23,930 nt of DNA from an uncultured Nitrososphaerales archaeon. GTDB lineage: Archaea > Thermoproteota > Nitrososphaeria > Nitrososphaerales > Nitrososphaeraceae. Made by a program: the position numbers and the translations under genes. The DNA is taken from positions 1-23,930 of the forward strand of contig CAVPXM010000049.1 in NCBI GenBank assembly GCA_963709405.1, given 5' to 3'. This document shows, one piece after another, positions 18,693 through 23,930 of this stretch; within the stretch, counting starts at the first letter, position 1; every line of letters begins with the position of its first letter. The notes beneath the pieces were generated by a model. The model saw only the letters and a program-made list of their open reading frames with translations, had not been told where the DNA came from and did no database searches.

Positions 18693-19809
18693 TTAAAATA
18701 CTATATACATAAGAAAGCAACGCTCTTTGATTCTGTTATCTTTTGTTTTAACTCGAAATGTTCCAAAAGTTCCTTTTGCAGTCTTAACAAAATCAATCAA
18801 CTCATCATTGTTTATTACAATTGATTTCTCAAGTTGTTCTTCTTCTTTGTTTATACGATAAGCCCAATTCTTTTCTTTTATATTGGTTAGATCTGTAGAT
18901 TGGTCCACTTGAGTCGATAACGATGGATCTTTATTACTATTATTAATAGCAGCTGACTGCACATTACTATCATGTTTTCCAGCTGTCAAATCAGAAGGAT
19001 AGGATGGAGGGACCAATTCTTCAGCCTTTAAATATATATTCCTTTGAGAAAATAAGGCACCAACTGTCAAATTTCTAGCTAACGTCACCAGAAAATCGAT
19101 AAACTCGCCGTACAACTCATTTTTCTTATTTTGAATATCCAAAACATTTAGGGCATGTGCAACTTTTTTAGGATCGCATTTATGGTTAGGTTTAACTTGT
19201 AATAGTGATATCAAATCTCCTTGGTTGGACTGGGCCCAATATGACAAACAGTTATAACAAATGTAGCCTCGAAATCCAACAATATTTTTATTCGTGCCCC
19301 ACATATTTCGTGTTGTTGAATTATTATAAGAATTCAATAGGTTAGGGGGTGATGGCGTAGTAAAACCGCTAAATGGCCACGAAATACCTCCCTCCTATAG
19401 CTGATGGTTGCCAGAAAGTGGGTCGACGTCGTTGTTTTGTGATATTTATTATTTCAAGTGCTTGACGTATGGTTTCTAGTAGTTCATGGCCTGCATCTCT
19501 TTTTTTGAAAGATGATGATTCCTTTAATTTCTTAGAATCTAGTTCTGAAAAATGACCATATGATGGATAAGTTTGATGATAGCTGCCATTATTATTATCA
19601 GGATGATAATAATGCCTATCATTTGTTGTTGGCATATTACTCACATCAGAACTACTGAATTGAGTACTAGTTGCATATGACCCTGGTGTTGCTGGTTTTG
19701 CTTTTCCACTATGCTTTCTCTGAATATGTATCTTTAGATTCCAGTTTGTAGAACAGGTTTCAGTGCAATAAGGACAGAGAATCTGTTTTTTCTTTCCAGT
19801 CAAGCACAC
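18693..19809 (-). pseudogene. C2H2 zinc-finger protein, probably one gene split by a frameshift
   Basis: CPYCTETCSTNWNLKIHIQRKH in ORF 19369-19809. The frame of ORF 18693-19337 (GFRGYICYNCL..HKC) stays open back to ~19395, overlapping at GGAGGGAGG. Confidence 0.7.
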
Positions 19810-19920
19810 TCACTCCTGAAAGCGTTTTGTACGACATCTTCATCATCTGCTTTACTGCAGTCACATCTGCAGAGCCTCTGCAGAGCTACTTTTCCTAAAT
19901 CACATTCTAAGTATTTCATA

Positions 19921-20374
19921 ACAGAGCTAAATCAGGTACAAAACGTAGTATTCTGGTAGATGGTAAAGGAGTACCACTTGGTGTATGTGTAGATGGAGCT
20001 AACAGGCATGACATGAAGATGACCAAAGCAACATTGCAAAGCATAGTCATCTATAGACCTGAACCAACAATCAGATCAAAGCGAGCACATGTGCATGGAC
20101 AAAGGCTACGCGTTTCCAGAGGTATACGAATTACTGGAAGAGTATGGCTATACAATTCACATCAGATTAAAAGGAAAGGAAAGAAGCAGCATTAAAGAAG
20201 GAATACCAAAATACAGAGCTAGACGATGGGTTGTTGAAAGAACCCATTCTTGGATGAACAGATTCAGACGATTGCTGGTAAGATGGGAAAAGAGGATTGA
20301 AAACTATATTGGAATGTTACATTTTGCATGTGCATGGATCACCTATAGAAGAAGTGGACTTTTCGCATAGGCTC
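19921..20374 (+). mobile_element. 5'-truncated IS5-family (IS427/IS1031-like) element
   Basis: RAKSGTKRSILVDGKGVPLG..GANRHD /fs/ CMDKGY..RWVVERTHSWMNRFRRLLVRWEK; right end TTCGCATAGGCTC followed by TAA. Confidence 0.85.
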
Positions 20375-20732
20375 TAAGTAATTATATAATCTTCGTATGA
20401 ATAATGACGAAAAAATTAAAGCATAAAATTCATATCTTATCAATAAATTGCCTAGAACAAAATTTCTAGAAAGATACTCAATGAATATTATATGTCTTCC
20501 AGGAAATTAGGCTCGTCATAAGATCTTTGAATAACTACGGCCGCTATGTAGACTCCAGCCTGTTCTAGCAGGCTATTTCGCTCTTTTCATGTTATAATTT
20601 TTGCTTCATGATATTTTTGCGAGTTTAAGGTTAATAATTTCCGTCAATTTTGATTAGAATATCGCTAGCATTATTTTTCTATGAATAAGGTTGGACTATT
20701 GAAGAAGGATTTTGTGGTTTAGTGTAGTAGTT

Positions 20733-21371
20733 CTAGGATGTCTTTTTTGAGATTCCGCTATCTTTTTGTAGCTCTGGTATTCTTCCTATATTGGCAAAAA
20801 TCACTTCTCCAGTATGTTTGTCAAGAACGCCATTAAACCAAATCCGATCTTCTTTAGTCGCCTCTTCAACTTCCCTTACAATCATGCTCCACCAAAGATC
20901 CTTTGATGAAAGCGAAAATTCAAATTGCAAAAGATCGATATTTTGTGATCTGCTTTTGTCTTCTCTAGTAACATCTGTTAAAGAAGCATCTCTTACGGGC
21001 TTATGATTCTCGATGGTCCTTCCAGTAGCGCTGATTATCACCGGTATATTCTTGGTGTATGATGATGGTGCTCCAGAAAATGCAGCAGATTTGGCCTTCT
21101 TTTGGCTTAAACGGCCAGCTTTTTGCTTCTTTGGATCTTTGGCTTCGTCAGGCAATGCATAAAGTATCGTCCTTCTCCTCCATATACAGGCGCAATCTTT
21201 TTGAATTCTCTGTCTTGCATCCTGGGCTGAAATGTCCTGATTTTCGTTACGTAACGCCTGATACATCTTTGGGATGTATTCGTTAGCAGTTGATGTCAGG
21301 AAAGCATCTACGTTTGTTCTTACCTCTGCAAGTAATTCTGCATAGCTTGGTGTGAGTTTAGAATTTTTCAT
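20733..21371 (-). CDS. Hypothetical protein, distant paralog of 13789-14466
   Basis: Shares LPxExK, KS-palindrome segment, I-x-x-x-A-[ST]-G, QFEF and the C-terminal F-x4-D..IG pattern. Confidence 0.75.
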   Translation of the reverse strand: MKNSKLTPSYAELLAEVRTNVDAFLTSTANEYIPKMYQALRNENQDISAQDARQRIQKDCACIWRRRTILYALPDEAKDPKKQKAGRLSQKKAKSAAFSGAPSSYTKNIPVIISATGRTIENHKPVRDASLTDVTREDKSRSQNIDLLQFEFSLSSKDLWWSMIVREVEEATKEDRIWFNGVLDKHTGEVIFANIGRIPELQKDSGISKKTS

Positions 21372-21420
21372 CTCAACAAAATATTCAAAAAATTACGCAT
21401 AAAAAAGAAAGTACGAAAAG

Positions 21421-21508
21421 TGCTAAGTTGATAGCTATCATGCTAATCTTTTATATAATATTTTTCTAGTTCATTGTATACTAAAGTCATGAACTTGTCA
21501 ACTTAGCA
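21421..21508. promoter_or_regulatory. Inverted-repeat pair flanking a TATA-like core
   Basis: TGCTAAGTTGA (21421-31) and TCAACTTAGCA (21498-508) form a perfect 11-bp IR; 12-bp palindrome TGATAGCTATCA at 21429-40; TTTTATATAATA between. Confidence 0.55.
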
Positions 21509-21811
21509 TCAGGGAGATCCATTAGTGTTAGCCTCTAGTAGATCTGTGAAACGCTTTATTCACTAAAAGATATTAGCGCGCACCACCTATAATAATAGTC
21601 GGGGAAAAAATCATTTGCCTCTTCGACCCTTCATGTAACCTCTGGTTTTCAGAAATAAAATTACATGTTACTTATGCAGTCATTATTTGTATTCACATTC
21701 TCGCAATCCTTTGAATCGGTTACTCCATTTGGTGAGCATCTGGAATTGGTTAGAGGACTATCAATACGATACTGGTTAAGTTGTGATGCCTGTGCTCTGT
21801 CTTTTTGTAAG

Positions 21812-22276
21812 CGGCGCTACATCACTTTTACGAGTGATAATGTTGAAAAACTAAAGAAAGCACAATCGGTACTAAAAGATATAAAGGATTATGCCAAGAG
21901 AGCACCAATCTTAATTTGCGCAATAACCAAAAAAACTTACTCTGATAACTCAAATTATAACAGACTTCATTTTCATGATTTAGGAGCAGCAAACGAGAAT
22001 ATGTTTCTTGAAGCATTCAATCAAGGTTTAATCATGCATGAAATGGGTGGCTTTGATGTGCAGAAGGCTAGGGAAGTTTTCAATATACCTGAAGACTTTG
22101 AAGTAGGCATTATGATAGCAATAGGATACCAGGACACACATCACATATTACCTGAAAGATTAATACATAAGGCATTTACACCACGACAAAGAAAGCCATT
22201 ATCAGAAATAGCCTTTGTTGAAGAACTGGGTAATGGGATATCTGCAAATATAAAAGACGATAATCAAACTCAATAG
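21812..22276 (+). pseudogene. Nitroreductase-family protein, 5'-truncated
   Basis: RYITF..YAKRAPILI..HDLGAANENMFLEAFNQGLIMHEMGGFD..IAIGY..RQRKPLSE. The N-terminal RxSxR and APSxxNxQPW motifs are absent and the first ~49 aa of ORF 21665 look unrelated. Confidence 0.8.
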
Positions 22277-22616
22277 AAATTTAATATCTAAAGATCATAA
22301 TTATAGTCATATAGCAATAGCGACCAGTATTATGGATTGGTAAATAGATAAAAGTTTGGCTACCTGGACTATTGTAACAACTGGGTATCATACGCCTGAT
22401 ATAGATTATATTTACCATTGGGCTCAGACCACAGTGCCATTAATATAACCTCTATGAGGACTGAAATGTTTAACAGATGTATTTGGCATCTCCAGTCTCT
22501 TGAAATAATGACAATTGGTGGATTAGTGGATGCTATCAAGATAGAAAGATAAACAAGCCTTTCTGCTTTTAGAATCCGCACATAGTATAATAAACGTCAT
22601 TTACCCTTGTATATGA

Positions 22617-23456
22617 ATGAATCCAAAACGAGTCAACTATCCTGTATTCATTTTAGTCGGCCTCGTTGCATCCATAATTTCTGGAACTTTTGCATCAAAT
22701 ACGACTAACCCACTATTATCTTCAGCATTTGCGGTGGGAGAAACACAACAGAATCAACAACAACCAAACATAAAAGCATCAAACATTTATCAAACGCATA
22801 ATATGGTACTTGGCAAGAATATTAAAAACCTCATAATAGAAATTCCAAATGAAGGTCACGAGGATCCCACACAACCAAAAGAGTTGAGAGTTGTCAATCA
22901 GCCCTACCTCCCTCGAAATGCAATTGTAAATACCGGTACTACAGTAACATGGTTTAACGCAGATGCTGGCCATAAACATCAAATAACGTTGTTAGATAAC
23001 AAATCTGGGACAGTTACATATGAAAGCGGTCTTTTCGACAACTTTGCCGCTTCAAAACCCTTTAGGCCTAATAATACGGGTACTTTTGCTTACTCTGGTC
23101 CAAGTAATGATAAAGCAGTCCCAAACTATAAAATGAATGGAACACTAACGGTTATCGATCAGCCGAATAGTAATTCATTTAATAGTACATCGTCTACTGC
23201 AGTAACATCTAATAATGTTGACACTATCAGTACAATTATTGTACCAGCAAAGCTTCTTGACAAAGTCAGTTCAGATTTAAAAGGTCAAGGTTTTGGAATT
23301 GACAATCAATATCCATTCAAAAGTCTGCGTGGAGGCGGTGGAACAACTGGAGGAGATAAGAACCAAGCAATGTTAGTATTGACAAGTTCAGGAAAGAGCC
23401 TAAATGAAGTCATATCTGCTTTGAATAAAGTAGTACCTACTATGGGATATTCATAG
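22617..23456 (+). CDS. Exported cupredoxin-fold (plastocyanin-like) protein with extra C-terminal domain
   Basis: Signal peptide; PYLP..IVNTGTTVTWFNADAGHKH..GTFAY..MNGTLTV; no Cys in the sequence. Confidence 0.8.
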   Translation: MNPKRVNYPVFILVGLVASIISGTFASNTTNPLLSSAFAVGETQQNQQQPNIKASNIYQTHNMVLGKNIKNLIIEIPNEGHEDPTQPKELRVVNQPYLPRNAIVNTGTTVTWFNADAGHKHQITLLDNKSGTVTYESGLFDNFAASKPFRPNNTGTFAYSGPSNDKAVPNYKMNGTLTVIDQPNSNSFNSTSSTAVTSNNVDTISTIIVPAKLLDKVSSDLKGQGFGIDNQYPFKSLRGGGGTTGGDKNQAMLVLTSSGKSLNEVISALNKVVPTMGYS

Positions 23457-23930
23457 AAAAATGTAAAACAAGAATGTAGCCAAAGAGAGAATATAACCAA
23501 CTCTTTTTCTCATTTAAACCAAACAAACATGAATCATTTATTTATCTACTCATCATTAATTGCTTAAAATGAAGGAAAGAATTAGATAAGGAATAATATG
23601 CTGAGTATTACTACAATTCTCTAATTTCAATATCCATATTTACCAATAACTTATACATTTATGCATTCACTGGGGAGACATATCCATTATGCATGACTAA
23701 AGGTAGCTATACTATCCAAATCGTAAATGTAATACAAATCTGATGCTGCTTAACGCCTTCATGGATGACTAACAAGATCATTAGCTACCAATCCGAATAC
23801 AGACGAATTTCAAAAATGAAGTAATTTACTGATGGTAATATGTACGTCATTGTTAGACTATCATGCGATATACTTTGCGGATGCAATGGCAATCAATCGC
23901 GCTTTTGGCCTGACTATATTGATAAAAGCA

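Noticed and set aside
19911-19927. TATTTCATAACAGAGC as another IS end
   Set aside because: ACAGAGC is also explained by native transposase codons (D/N-R-A-K-S-G-T-K), so it is ambiguous.
2796-20374. Many single-base frameshifts as programmed recoding
   Set aside because: Only the IS630 A7G site fits a known slippery motif; the rest are better explained by decay or sequencing indels, which need read-level checks.
21665-21811. N-terminal extension of the nitroreductase as a novel domain
   Set aside because: Lacks family motifs and looks like unrelated DNA read through a junction.
22369-22581. 70-aa minus-strand ORF
   Set aside because: No motif or other support; may be spurious.

Overview
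AT-rich archaeal accessory region. The gene families (IS903-group IS5, IS6, IS630, PPOX F420 enzyme, exported cupredoxin, C2H2 proteins, long-tailed tyrosine integrase) suggest a soil ammonia-oxidising archaeon (Nitrososphaeraceae); this taxonomy is inference. The window is a mosaic of five IS elements or IS remnants, many frameshifted or 5'-truncated genes, and a few intact genes (M32 carboxypeptidase, SnoaL-like cyclase, PPOX oxidoreductase, cupredoxin-fold protein). It also holds a cryptic integrated element (about 12.9-17.1 kb) with an intact tyrosine integrase, a wHTH-like regulator and a divergent 4-gene operon. Main unexplained signals: (i) a three-member paralog family whose genes each carry an in-frame DNA palindrome after the putative HTH, with a compensatory base-pair swap between two copies; (ii) an orphan two-repeat mini-CRISPR whose single GC-rich spacer is a hairpin; (iii) a ~49-bp tandem repeat with an inverted copy 5 kb away; (iv) an exactly 11-bp-phased motif array upstream of an HTH/coiled-coil gene. 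No tRNA, rRNA or cas genes were seen.
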